Positions 51,780-64,000 of a stretch of 64,000 nucleotides of DNA are shown piece by piece. The translations under genes and the position numbers were made by a program. The notes under the pieces were generated by a model that had not been told where the DNA came from, did no database searches, and worked only from the letters and a program-made list of their open reading frames with translations. The DNA comes from Narcine bancroftii (Eukaryota). The stretch spans positions 153,822,001 through 153,886,000 of the forward strand of contig NC_091476.1 in the NCBI RefSeq assembly GCF_036971445.1, given 5' to 3'. The first letter of the stretch is position 1. Each line of letters starts with the position of its first letter.

Positions 51780-53420
51780 AATCGCAGAAAAATAATAGCA
51801 GATGTAGGCCATTCAGACCTTTGAATGTGTTCTGTCATTCCATAATGACCTGCTATTTCAGTACTAAACTCTTGCTTTCTCCTCATATCCTTCAATTGCT
51901 TTTGTGTAGCAAAGTTTATCCATGTCTTTCTTAAAAATAGACAGCAATTTGGCCTTTACGCCCCAGCAGTGGAGAATTGCTTCTCATATCAGCCATAAAT
52001 CTCTTGCTCTGGGTGCGAGAATGTCCCTGCTTGTTCAAAATCCCGAGTCAGTCATACTCCCTCCGCCCAGCCTGCTGAGCCCTTTTAAAAATGTATATTT
52101 TGCAGTGAGATCTCTCATCTCTCATCTTTTTAAACTGCTGAAAATACGAGCCTAATGGATTCAATTGCTCCTCATGCAACAAGCTCGGCATTCCACTAGA
52201 GTTTCACAAACCTTTGTTGCACTTCCTTTTGGGCTAAAGAAGACTAAATCTGCATTCAATACTCCCTACATGGTTTCACTAAGTATCTATGTTAATGCCA
52301 TAGAAAATGGAAATCTACAGCACATTGCACACCCTTCAGCCCATAGTGTTGTGCCAAACTAATAACCTCCTCTAACAATTACCTAGAATTTCTCTACTGC
52401 ATATCCTTTCATTTTTCTCTCATTACACCTGCCTCCACAACCCATTGCCAGCAGCACGTTCCATTCATTCACCACTCTCAGGGTGAAGAATGTGCCTCTT
52501 GCATCCACCTGTACTTACTCTCAAAACTATGCCTCCTGGTGTTAGCCCTTTCAGCCAAGGGGAACATCATCAGTGCCTCTCATCATCTTGTACACCTCTC
52601 CTAGGACACCCCTCATCTGATGTCACTCCAAGGAGAAAAGGCCAAGTTCACTCAGCCTATCCTCATAAGGCATGCTCTCCAATCCAGGCAGCGTCCCTGT
52701 AAATCTCCTCTGCACCCTCTCTTTCACATCCACATCTTTCCTGTCATGAGGTGACCAAAGCTGAACACAATAGTCCAAGTGGAGTCTAACCAAGATTTTG
52801 TAGCTGTAACATTACCTCCCAGCTCTTGAACTCAATCCCACAGTTAATGAAGTCCAACACATTACATTCCTTCTTAACAACACGATCAACCAAAGCAGCA
52901 GCTTTGAGTGTCCTATGGGCAAGGACCACAAGATCTCTCAACCAGACCAAATCCTATGCTCAAAGCCTCATGCAATGAAGACCAGCACACCACTTCTAAA
53001 TTGCTTGCTGCTACTCTGTGTTTGCTTTTGGAGACTGATGCATAAGGACACTCAGATCGTTTGTTACATTAGAATTTACTCATCTTTAATCATTTAATTA
53101 TTCATAGATTCATAGAACACTACAGCACAGTACATCCTCATTGTTGTGCTAACATATATATTCCTACCAAAAAAAAACAAACCCTTCTTACCTTGCAACC
53201 CTTTATTTTTCCTTCATCCACGTGCCTGTCTAAGAATCTCTTAAATGCCTCTAATGCTTCAGCCTCCATCCACCATCACCCCTGACAATGCATTCCAGGC
53301 AGACAACTCTCTGTTAGGTGAAATAAATTTCTTGGTGTCTCCCCTAGACTTTCCTCTCTTCACTTTATACAGATATCCTTTGGTGTTTGCTACTCCTCCC
53401 CTCTCAGGACCTTGCAGACC
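51780..53420 (-). mobile_element. Cluster of CR1 LINE 3' fragments
   Basis: Typical reverse CR1 text (tccaatccaggcagcgtccctgtaaatctcctctgcaccctctc; gacaatgcattccaggcagacaactctctg); several overlapping copies. Confidence 0.75.
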
Positions 53421-55865
53421 TCTATTAACGTTTGCAGTGTGTAGGTAAGGGCACTGCTTCATTGGCTGAGGCTTTGCAAATGAAATTGAAGATTAGTGCA
53501 ACCATCAGCAAAATTCCCCACTTATGGTGGACGAAAGGTCAATGATGAAAGAGCTGAAAATAGTTTAACTTAGGACATTGCCTAGAAAAATCCTCACTTT
53601 ATTGGACTGAGAGTCAATGCTGAGGCTTTTAAGGAACTCTTCCTTTCTTTGAATACAACTCTGCCAACACCCTGGTGGATCTGTCCTGCCAACAGGACAA
53701 AGGTCCTTATGAATTGTGATGGAGGAACCTGGCACATTGCCTATAATTCAAAGCAAGATACAGTTTGATATAATCACACTCGCTCTCTGACTGGGCAGTG
53801 AATGACATTACTGTCTTCAGATCTATGGCCTAGGTTGATGCCAGGTAATCCAGTGAGTTTCACTTCTTCTCAGAAATAGCAGCAATGGCACAACTGAATG
53901 ACTTGCTCGACTAGATCAGACGAGCAGTCAACCACGTGGGCTTTGTTTGGTAGGCCAAAACTAGTATGATGGCAGATTTTCTCTCTGAAGAAGATTAGTA
54001 GTAGACATGATGATTTTTATGATGACGCTGTAGTTTCATTGTCATGAACACTAAGACCAGTTGGTGTACTCCCTCCTGCAAGTTCCAGATAACTAACAAC
54101 TTCTGTGGTTGGAATTGAATGCCAATACATGGATTGTTACCCTACTTCTAGATACTGATTCTCACTGGACTACGGCCCTGGGGCATTGACTCTCACTAAA
54201 GGCAATAACATTCGTTTGAGTACTGTTCAGAGGTGTTTACTTTCAATTGGAGTACCATTCCATAGGTTCTAATTCTGACTGAGCATCAATGCTAACTTTT
54301 ATCTGTTCAGCATCAACTCTAACTCAAATATAGTCCTTTAGGTATTGATTCTTACTGGAGGGTTATTCTATGGACACTGAATCTTGTTGGGTTACATACC
54401 TGCAATCACTACCACTCACCAGCATACTGCTCCATGAGAAATAACTCTTCTAGAAGTATAATAAAGTTCACTGAGCTGCAGGTTGATAAACACATGCACT
54501 GATCATTGTCTATAAACAGGGATCAGTTTACTGGACACTGGACACTTCCCTCTGCTCTATGTACACTGACTGTCACTGGTTAACTGTTCCATGGGCACTG
54601 GCTCTCAGTTGTGGTTCAGCTCAGCAGGTGTTGACCTTGCCACAAACAATGAAAAGCTGGAAGAACTCCGTGGACCCACAGCATCAATGGACACTCAACA
54701 ATTTGGATCAGAACTCTCAAAAAAAGGCGCCTGATCTGAAAAATTGACCCTCAATCCCTCTTCATGGATGCTGAGCCCCTCAGAATCCCATTGCTTGCTC
54801 AAGATTCCAGCATTTGCAGGTTTTTGCGCTTGTCTCAATGTTGACCCTCATCTAATCTATTTCTATTGCACAGACTTTCACTGGCCTACTCAATGGACAC
54901 AAACTTTCACTAAGATGATTCTCATTGGTGTGTTGTTCTATTCTCTCACTGGGATACAGTTCTGGAGCCCTGGTACTCATTTTGAATATTCCACAGGTTG
55001 AGACCAGCCTTTGTGCTGTTATTTGATAGATACTGAATGTCATTGAATGTAGCATTATGTGCATAGATTAACACAGCCATGCAATGCCACCAGCCAACGT
55101 TCACTGGGGTGCAATTTCCCACCCTTTGTCTTTCCTTGAGGATACAATTTCATGGATGCTGCCTCTAAAGGATTGACATTCCAACTTCACCACTGTTAGT
55201 ACGTAGAGTTCCCTAGGCACTGAAACATCCTGGTTCCAAGGTGTCCCCAGGGATAACACCCAAATGGCCATCCTGCTGTGGACTTCAGCTCTTCATGAAC
55301 AAAGGAAGTGCACAGAAAGCAGCATTTTTCTAACGCCCAATAACAATGGATTGCTTATTGTTGGAGTTCTCAATATCTTTAAAGAAGGATGACATAGTGC
55401 TTGAAAACCGATTTTGCAGCAAATTACTAAGAATTCCTGAATGAAATTAATTTGAGAGAACATCTAAAAGTCTTGTGTTAACACTTTCAGTATGAGTTTG
55501 TGTCCAAAGCATAGAGCTGATGATCAACTTGTTGTGGTAAACCAAAGGGTTAGGCAGACTGATGGAAGACATTTAGGCAGTCTGTTGGGTGAGCACTGCC
55601 TGAGGAGCTGATGCATTTAGAAAGTTCTTGCTGTTGCATTTGTGCTGATGACTGTGAGATATACGCCGAACCCAAACGGTTCCCGTCCACACTCCGCGGA
55701 AGTTGAGGTGCAATGTCGACTGATTGTCACTGAGTCATAACAAGCCCGGCTGTGCAATGGGTTTAACAGGTGGATTTGTGATGCACAGCATGGTTAACCC
55801 CTGAAGTCCTGGAATTAAAAAAAATCATGAATACTGGAAGGCATAAATAGAAATGCAACTTGAGT

Positions 55866-55871
55866 TTTATT
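55866..55871 (-). promoter_or_regulatory. Candidate polyadenylation signal (AATAAA) of the minus-strand gene
   Basis: AATAAA about 330 nt after the stop at 56201, followed by T-rich downstream sequence. Confidence 0.45.
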
Positions 55872-56200
55872 ACATGGAGCAATAGAAACAAGACAGGCTG
55901 TTGAAAAGGTGGTGCAATCAGATTTCAAAAGATCATCGAAAAAAAAGCTGCAGAGTTGAGCAATCTTTGAACATTTAGAAAACCAAAGCAACTGATTAAT
56001 GAGAAGGGAAACACAATTTAGTAACAGTTTAAAAGGGAGCAGAAGCTGTAATCCTGTGATGAAATGAAGGAACATCACAAAGGGATGAGGCAGGAGAGGG
56101 GAAATTTAATTCACAGCATAAAGAAAATAAGGCAGAAAGAGAGAGCAGCAAGGTGGCGCCTGATAACAGCATGTGAGCACCCACATTACGACCCAAGGTG

Positions 56201-56287
56201 TCAACTCTCTATTGCTTTTCTGCTGAGTCCGTCCAGCTCCTCTTCTGTACAAGTTGGCACCTCAGTTTCGAGCTGTTGAGCTAGAGT
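56201..56287 (-). CDS. Candidate terminal coding exon of an unidentified gene (TLAQQLETEVPTCTEEELDGLSRKAIES*)
   Basis: Acceptor tgttttctgcatctcag| on minus; phase-0 open frame to TGA; non-repetitive; phase-compatible with the 41-nt exon at 60243-60283. Confidence 0.55.
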   Translation of the reverse strand, partial: TLAQQLETEVPTCTEEELDGLSRKAIES

Positions 56288-58079
56288 CTGAGATGCAGAA
56301 AACATATAGTATCAGTGAAGGGAAAAGTTAGTTTCGCATGTTGTGCTCGGATGTATTACACTGTTTAAAGTATCCTGGGCTTCCAAGTACCATACAATCA
56401 CATCCTTAATAAATCAGCTTACAATATTTTTCCACCAACTGACCTATTTTAATTCTCCCTACAAGCAGTGGGGTACAGAAGAAATTGTATCTCCTCAATC
56501 TTGACTGACCTCCAGTATTGTCTGTGCAGAATTCGCATGTGTTGAATCACTTTCTTCCAATCTCCTCCACGTTTCAATAAGTACAATGGTTCTTACTGGA
56601 CGTTACCTTGGACCAAGGCTGAGTGACTGGGAATATGAAAGGGAATAAGTTGCAAAGAAATTAGTGGGTGCATGGGATTGGTTGAGAGTCCGCAAAGTTG
56701 CTGCCTTCTGTGTTGAAGATATGAGAAACAACTGAGTCGGGGCTATTACCCTGTAATCTTCAGAGACTATTGTAAATCTGGAGAATTCTGAAAAATAAAA
56801 TAAATGTCCAAACTATTGTGGTATTCACCTATTGTGGTAGGTCATCATGTCCAGGGGATTTGATAAGATTTGGACTCATTCTCTACTACTATTTACAAAT
56901 AATTACTTTCTCATTCTCAAAGGACTAAATTTTGGAATATTTTATGTCTTCCATTGCAACAGGCCTTTCCCACCATCTCCTTCCCACTTTCCATTTTATT
57001 GTGCATTTCTATACCAAGAATTGAATATCCTATAACATTTGGTTATTCAATAACTCCACCTCCTTTAGGCAATTAGATCAAGCTGATATATTTTGGTGTC
57101 TTATTAATCATTATAAATAGAATATGCATTCGGATATAATGCCTTTCTATATTTTTTTCTCTCTGAAATTCTATTACAAGTGCTAGAGAAACAGTCAAGA
57201 AGCAGATGTGCAATTAAATGGGGAAAATCCAAAAGTGTCTGTCTGAAAAGTGCCTCCTCACCAGAAACAGTAGAGCAACTTGCTTTCTGTCTCATCAGTG
57301 AGATGCATTGAGCCGTGTGAAGTGCAGTGTCTCCTCTTGTCAGGTTTTAATTGTTGTTGAATTAAAAAGGTAAAATATAAAATTCAAAACACTTCTGTTC
57401 TCTGTCTCCCAAAATCCTACCTCTTTCAGTCCCCAGTGCTTTATTAAATTCACCCATGTTAATTTACATTTCTCAGTTCCACTGCTGTCCATTGAACAAT
57501 TCTTCAGTCTGTTTACTGAGCGAGACAGACAGTTGCTGACCCTATTCCTTTATACTCTAGATATATAGTCTCCCTTGCATTCTCAGCAATTTGTCGCATG
57601 CAAAATGAAAATAAAATTTAGGATGTTGATCTAATCACTGATATAATTCTGACTCAGTAATTTTAATAATGGAGGCAAATTGGATCAGTGCAAATAGGCA
57701 TCACAGTCAGAGTGGATGAGTTGATTGAAGGATCTATTTCTGTGCTCATTGACTCTAATATCTCATCTGAGGAATGAACCTTTGACTGAACAGTATTTCT
57801 CTCAATTCTAAACCAAAATGAGCATTACATCAAATTAATGGTGCATTTAGTTGGAAAAGTGCTAGTCAAAGAATAATCACCCTGATTTTTTAAATCAGTT
57901 TTCATTAATGAATTCCCAGAGATATTCCTTTGCTCAAGGAGGTCTCATTTGGGACTAAAATAAACATAATTTCACAAGGATCAGCACACATAAATTGTGT
58001 GGTGCATTAATGGTACATTGCCAGCTCTCCTATTCAATGTTCTTGTACTCCAGGCACATATTTGTCACATTTTCCTTTG

Positions 58080-59990
58080 ATGGTCTGCAAGGTCACGAGA
58101 CATTGCCCATCCTGAAAAAGTGAGCCACCTTCTTCAACAACAACCGTCTCTCTGACAAAGGCACCCCTCCACTGCTGGTGAGTAGGAGTTCCAGGATTTA
58201 GATCCAATGACAATGAAAAAGCAGCATTATATTTTCATCAGTATGATGGTTGTGACTTCGAGGAGAGTTTGCAGGTGGTGACATTTATTGCATCTGCTGT
58301 CCTTGATTTTTCTGCTTGTAAGGATGACAGATTTGTGATGTGCTGTTGGAGGTTGATGGAGGTTCTGGAGCATATTTTTAAGATGGTATATGCTCGAGTC
58401 ATGGTGCATTGGCAAAGGAAGTAATAATTTTTGGGGTAATAGATGGGATACAAATTGAGTGGGTTCCATTGCCCTGGATGTCACAGATCTTCTTCAGTGT
58501 TTGACCTGCATGCTTCCAAGCAAGATCACAGCATCCTCCTGAAAAAAACCTTATATGGGATGGAAAACATTTAGGGTAACAGGAAGTGAGTCACAGAGTG
58601 AAGAAATTTCATCCTCTAACCTGCTCTTGGTGTCAAATGAAGTCTCATGTCAATCATGTCAATATCAAAGGCTGCCTTTAGAAGATGCCAATAAGTTCAC
58701 AAGGACTTGTGAACTTAAACCAGTTTTGACTTGGACTGTTGTGAATATGTTGGGAACATCTGAAGGCTGAATATGACAATTTAGAAAGGCAATATGTTGA
58801 TCTGTAACTGGAGTCACATAAAAGGGAAAGGGTCCATTTTTAACTTTAATTAATTCTCTAATCAAAAAGTACACAATTGCAATATTCAATTGTAGGACTA
58901 TTGTGATCTCTATGGGTAAAATACATGCACTCCCTATCTCAGGAAAACACTGACTTAACCATATAACCATTTACGGAGCAGAAACAGGCCATGTTGGCCT
59001 TTCGAGTCCGCACCGGTTCATTGATTTTGTGCGCCCTCTTCAGGCATTGGTCCCGGTAGATCTTCATCAAAATTCAATTATCATGTTATAAAGTGCAATA
59101 TTACACAAAATTATGGAAAACTTTAGTTTTAATTAATTCAAGAAATGCATGTCATGTATTTCTATAACAAAAACAGAAAGTGGACAATAAACAGTCACTT
59201 AACCACATCTGTGGGAAAAGAAATAGAACATTTCAGGTCAAAGAGCCCTTGTCAGAGGCTTCCTCACTAAACATTTCTTAGTGAAGAAGGTGAATATCCT
59301 GGAAGGATGATAGTTTTCTGAGGGATTAACTGAGCTTGTATTTCTAGAGAAAAAATACTAGAGATTGTGGATTTGGAATGTTCTGTTGAAGAAGCCTTGA
59401 CAATTTGTTTCAGTGTGTCATGAAATTTTACACCCTGTAGCCATAGTGTTCCGTGGCAAAATAAATTGACCTTTAAAGTGAAAGGTTGAGTATACTCTTT
59501 GGTCCTTTATGGTGCTGAGGTGCCTACTGGAGCTGCACTCATTCAGACACAAGGAGAATACTCCATTCTACTTGATATGTGCCAATGAGAAGGTTGGTAT
59601 ACTGCAACCGAAGAGGTGAATCACTCACCACTATATACCCAGCAACTAACTTGTTTTTGCAACTGATGTATTGATGTGGTTGCTCAATAGTGCCTTCCAA
59701 GGTATTAATAGCGATACCATTAAATATCAGGAAAATATAGTTTAACTCTGTTATTGCAGATGCATTAGTATGGTACAAATATTATGTGACATTTACGAGC
59801 CCAAACCTCAATGCTGCCGTGCTGCATCTAGCCATAGACTGTTTCGTGATCTGAAGTACTCCACATTAGAACTGAACATCCTGCAACTATCCATGCTGAT
59901 CATATACTGTATGAAACAATTTTGTACCAGCAGCTGAATTATGAAGATGGTTAAGCTTTGGATATTGACAGGTGGGTTTGTGCACCACAG
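58080..59990. mobile_element. Ancient, heavily decayed LINE fragments (L2/CR1-type) with a younger CR1 3' tip at about 58955-59070
   Basis: Decayed LINE-like text; (taaccata) tail repeat shared with 11820-11862. Confidence 0.45.
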
Positions 59991-60242
59991 AGATGGGGCT
60001 GAGAGATTAACTACCTCCCGGGCCCTAGCCTGAGCTTTAGTAAGCATTCCCCCTCCCCCCTGACCTTGCCTCCCTGCCCCATGGCCCCTACCCTTTGTTG
60101 AATAGAATAAAGAGATATTGTTCCATTTATTAGCCTTTGGGCATATTCTAAATGTATCCACTGGTATGTGCTGAGAATACACCAGTTGGTGTTTGGTTAG
60201 AGGAGGAAGGAAAAACTTCATTCAAATCAAACAAAATTTTAC

Positions 60243-60283
60243 CTTACGGAAGCCATTTACTAGCACCGAATAACTTGAAAAGT
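60243..60283 (-). CDS. Candidate 41-nt internal coding exon (xFSSYSVLVNGFRK)
   Basis: Minus strand ttttatttattttttgtaactaacag|...AAG|gtaaaa; only one of three frames is open (phase 1 in, phase 0 out). Confidence 0.6.
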
Positions 60284-61533
60284 CTGTTAGTTACAAAAAA
60301 ATAAATAAAATCAGTTCTGAAAAAAAGTGTCGATACAAAATAACACAGGAGAATGGAGAGTCTTTTCTAAAACGTAGACCTCCCATGAGTGGCACTGCAT
60401 GAGTCAAGCTCTGCTGCAGGAGGCACTCCTCAGACTCGCGCGCATGTACAAACTTGAGCATGGACAGGTTGCTTTGGGACTGGATGGAGCTTGAATTGAT
60501 AGATGGGACCAAGACCCTACTGCTGTTTGACAGGTGAAGGTGGTACTTCAGCAAGCCTTGATTGACAGGACTAACAGGAGCCCATATTGACAAGAGTTAC
60601 ATTGGTGTACTAGAGGTTGTGACAGGCCCCCTCACCTTCCAGGCCCCTAGGCTTCTCAGCCTAATAGTTAATCCGCCGCTGGCTGAGATTATTGATTTCC
60701 ACAACTACAGCCATCTCGTTTTGAACGAATTATTGCTCCAGCCACTGGGAATGTCTCAATTCCCATTGATTTTAATTTTACCAGGGACTCTTGATAGCAA
60801 TCTCAGTCAGGTGTTAACATGAAGTCAGAATCAGTAAGTCTCGCTTCAATTCTTAATCCAATATTCCAGAGTAGCAGGTAAAATAATGAAGTAGTTAGTC
60901 TTGTGTGTAATTTAAGAGAACTGGGATTTCCAAAGTAAACATGCCAAAAGTATTTTTTCAATTGCCGTCTGATTTATCCCTCTACCTGACCACACTATTA
61001 TCTTTACACATTAAAATGGATAATCAAGGTCTCAGAATCTCCCCATCATATAAAAATGAAAAGCAAGCTATGCAAATCCTCAGACAGGCATCTTAAACTT
61101 TGCAACTCTACTCCACCCAACATGGCAAGTATTTCACAAACGCAAGATTTGGTTATTACTCATGATGGTTTGGCTAGTTAGTCCAACAGTTTGTTAACAT
61201 CAGTATGTCAGCTACAAAATACATTTGCATTTCTACAACAGATTGCAGACCCTAAGCAGCGTTACTGACAACAAGATTCGTTTTTTGAAAGGCTATGTAG
61301 GAAATGTGATTCCAATTTTCCCACCGTGTTCCAAGGAACCCCAATATGATAATGATCCAGTAGCAGGCTTTAGTTGGTTGAGAGAGAACATGGGCATGTG
61401 ACATTCGGGAGATAGTCCCAGCTTTTTTGGAATAATGTTGCGGTATTGTTATATCTACGTGAGAGGAAGAGACATTGCTTTGCTTAGATGCGCTTTAAAA
61501 AAGAGTAAGTCCTGTATTTGAAGGGGCAGGACT

Positions 61534-61620
61534 GAGAGATTGCTGCACTGTTGGTGATGCGGTAATGAGGGATCACTGCACTGTTGGTGATGCGTTAACG
61601 AGGGATCATTGCACTGATGG
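61534..61620. repeat. 33-bp tandem repeat, about 2.6 copies
   Basis: gagagattgctgcactgttggtgatgcggtaat / gagggatcactgcactgttggtgatgcgttaac / gagggatcattgcactgatgg. Confidence 0.85.
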
Positions 61621-63014
61621 AGGGAGGGAATGATCTTGATTAAAAACTGTTATGAATGAATCCTGCACTCTCAGAGGTGCACTGCTGACCTGAGCCTTGA
61701 TACCCTTGGGTCAAGCATGAAGGTTCCAATACACTCCATAAACAAACCTGCATTAATATCTTTTACATGACCTTAGCACATCCTAACATGCTGCCCCGGA
61801 AATGGTTTACTTTTATTATTACTTTTGATCTTTTTGTAGAGAACAAGGCCCCTCATATTGCTCTGTGACATTCTGACTTTCCCAATAAGAATTGGCCAGG
61901 CTTCTGTCGAACGTTCTGTCAAGTCTGGAATAGTGACTTTTAATATCCATATAAAATTGAGCAGTTGGCGACACAATTTGATTATTAGCTGCTCTCTTCA
62001 TCAAAAATAAATTATTTGGTTAATTATCATAACACATCTTACAGGTTGCACTGACAAATACTGCACCTCAAAGACAACAAGGCCCTTTTACTCTTCTAAC
62101 TGTCTAAACACCGGAGGTGAAAGTTCTGCCTTTAACGAACTACCACTCCCTTTTCAAAGAACCAGCAAAACAGGATGTACTTTCACTGGTCCCAGCAGGG
62201 TAATCTCTTGCTTTTTTTCCCCAAGTTAAAATCAACAATAAAGTCTATAATAATAATATTTCAATACTTCCAAGAAGTTATTTTTCACGCTAATTGAAAT
62301 GCATTGTTCTTAATAGGAAATTGGATTAAATGAAACATTCCTTTTTTGGGGGGGAGTTTTTTTGGATCTGCAGAGCAAAAAAAATAGACAAGACAGCTGG
62401 CTCTAGGGCTGTTATGAAGATTTTTCAGTAGGAAGCATGAGTCACTGGTTTTCATCTCTAGTAAGTTTGGCCTGAAAAGATGGCTTATTTTTCTCAGCCA
62501 TTTCAGAAGGTAATTCAGAATCGTGTTTGGGACAATGTTAGGAAGTCAGGTTTTCTTCTCTTAAAGACAATTGAACCAGATCAATTTTTCATCAATCCAC
62601 AATATTTCATAGTCAATCTACCTGGTACAAATTCCCTTCTTTGCCTTGGTGAGATTTAAATTCATATACATGAGATTATTAGTTCAAAAGGTAGCTTTTT
62701 TAGTTCACAGTCAGATCAGCCATGATCTTATAGAATGACGGAGCAAGGCTGATGGGCAAAATGTGCCTACTATAGCTCTCATTTCTTATGACCACTGGAA
62801 ACTTGTATATAAATCTCAGTTTCACTCCTTCCACTCCCTTATGCTGTAGTCAGGAGGTTTACAGAGTACCTATCACCGTTAAAACCTCAGAAACAATCAA
62901 CTTTGGCTGCCAGTCTCCCAAGAAGCCAGCTGGCACTCATATTAGTGTGAAAATAACAAGATATACATCAAGAATGTTGCTATCATCTTTGATTCGTTCC
63001 AGCATTTATGATAC

Positions 63015-63073
63015 CAAATGATATTACATCATGCCAAGACACAGTCTGGATCGATGATACTCTCAGCAAAGGT
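63015..63073 (-). CDS. Possible upstream exon of the same minus-strand gene (PLLRVSSIQTVSWHDVISF)
   Basis: Strong acceptor ttttttaattctttacag| at 63074; donor uncertain (gtatca at 63014 gives phase 1, matching the 60283 exon). Confidence 0.3.
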
Positions 63074-64000
63074 CTGTAAAGAATTAAAAAAATTTATATC
63101 CATTTGAAATATTGCTGGTGATCAGTCACAGAATCTGTGGCAAGTGGTTGAATAGAGAATTAGCTTTCATGCTGTAGATTTTGGAAATTATTTGTTTTAA
63201 TGTCTCATCTTTTACTAAGATGAAACCAGGGGCACAAACTTAAAACTGATCAGGGATATATAATGGACAAGGCAGAAACAGTGGACAAATAACAACTATT
63301 TTCTTATTAATTACAGTCATTTGCAAAATTCAACATGTACTGGCGTATTTAATTCTAGAGGGAAAGTAGCTTAATCCATATAAAAACCATTTTACACTTT
63401 ATTCATGCTTTGGTAGTTTGTTTTGATGTCAGCATGTATGTTTTGGTGTTCTGCACCCAACTGCACCCATTCAGATTTGTGACGGACAGGAGGAACAAGA
63501 TGGAAGTGGCCCATGGGTGTGGTGGGATGTCATCAATTAATGTGAGAGGCTGAGAGAAAGGCTGGTGACACCTGGAGTGGGATGGGACCAACCCTCCAGT
63601 ACACTGCAACATGAGGCATCCTATTGTGGAATCTGCAGTTTCCATAGCATGCACATTAAGCCCCTAACAAGAAAGACCCAGATTTCTCCTTCATTGCATT
63701 GTTGGGATGGTTCCTAAATCCTTTGTATGCAGGCATTCCATTCCAAACACTAACACTTTAGTAAGTCAATGTTTTAATCTAACATATCACTTTAACTGCA
63801 TGAGGAAGACTAGTGGGTGTGGTTATTGAATGGAAATGCATAGATTGAAGCAAGCTGGGGAATTGGATGATTTATTGATTGACAGCAGAACAAGTCCCCA
63901 GAAAATAAAGTGTTTTTACACTGAATGCAGCCATCTTAGAGACACTTTGCAGTGTAGCCTCAAACTGAAATTGGTTTTGTCAGAAGAGGTAACTTTCAAG

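Larger units (their letters stand above)
50650..55220. repeat. Highly decayed tandem array with about 32-bp unit (consensus near ggcactgactctcactggggtacagttccatg), interrupted by TEs
   Basis: Consecutive 32-nt units near 54340-54440 (ggtattgattcttactggagggttattctatg / gacactgaatcttgttgggttacatacctgca / atcactaccactcaccagcatactgctccatg) and 54560-54625; related units at 50670-50730, 51440-51770 and 54870-55220. Confidence 0.7.

Noticed and set aside
50650-55220. 32-bp array or the 33-bp repeat at 61534 as a CRISPR array
   Set aside because: Vertebrate context, no unique spacers between conserved repeats, no cas genes.
62940-63073. In-frame TGA in TFAESIIDPDCVLA*CNII as selenocysteine
   Set aside because: No known selenoprotein motif and no SECIS identified; another frame fits the exon chain better.

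Overview
Eukaryotic, repeat-dominated, mostly intergenic or intronic DNA. The repeat complement (HE1/V-SINE-like tRNA SINEs, Rex1/Babar, CR1, RTE, L1, Penelope-like elements, Gypsy LTRs) suggests a cartilaginous fish, probably a ray (inference). No host gene can be named. Splice signals point to the 3' end of a minus-strand gene (exons near 60.3 and 56.2 kb, AATAAA at 55866) and to a CpG-enriched promoter/exon at about 13.5-13.75 kb ending in ATG|gtgagt. Most ORF-track entries are TE fragments or chance ORFs. Main observations: (1) a complete, TSD-flanked, ORF1-only L1 derivative (HAL1-like) at 4987-7834; (2) two adjacent locus-specific inverted duplications (21.7-23.4 and 23.6-26.4 kb), the first reconstructable as an inversion plus duplication with a Penelope fragment at the breakpoint; (3) a twin-priming-type 5' inversion in an RTE LINE; (4) a foldback Penelope-like insertion and many hammerhead-like motifs; (5) a decayed 32-bp tandem array over about 50.6-55.2 kb; (6) Chapaev-3-like, hAT, pogo and an unusual 10-bp-TSD TIR element. 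All alignments were done by eye, so boundaries without TSD/TIR support are approximate.
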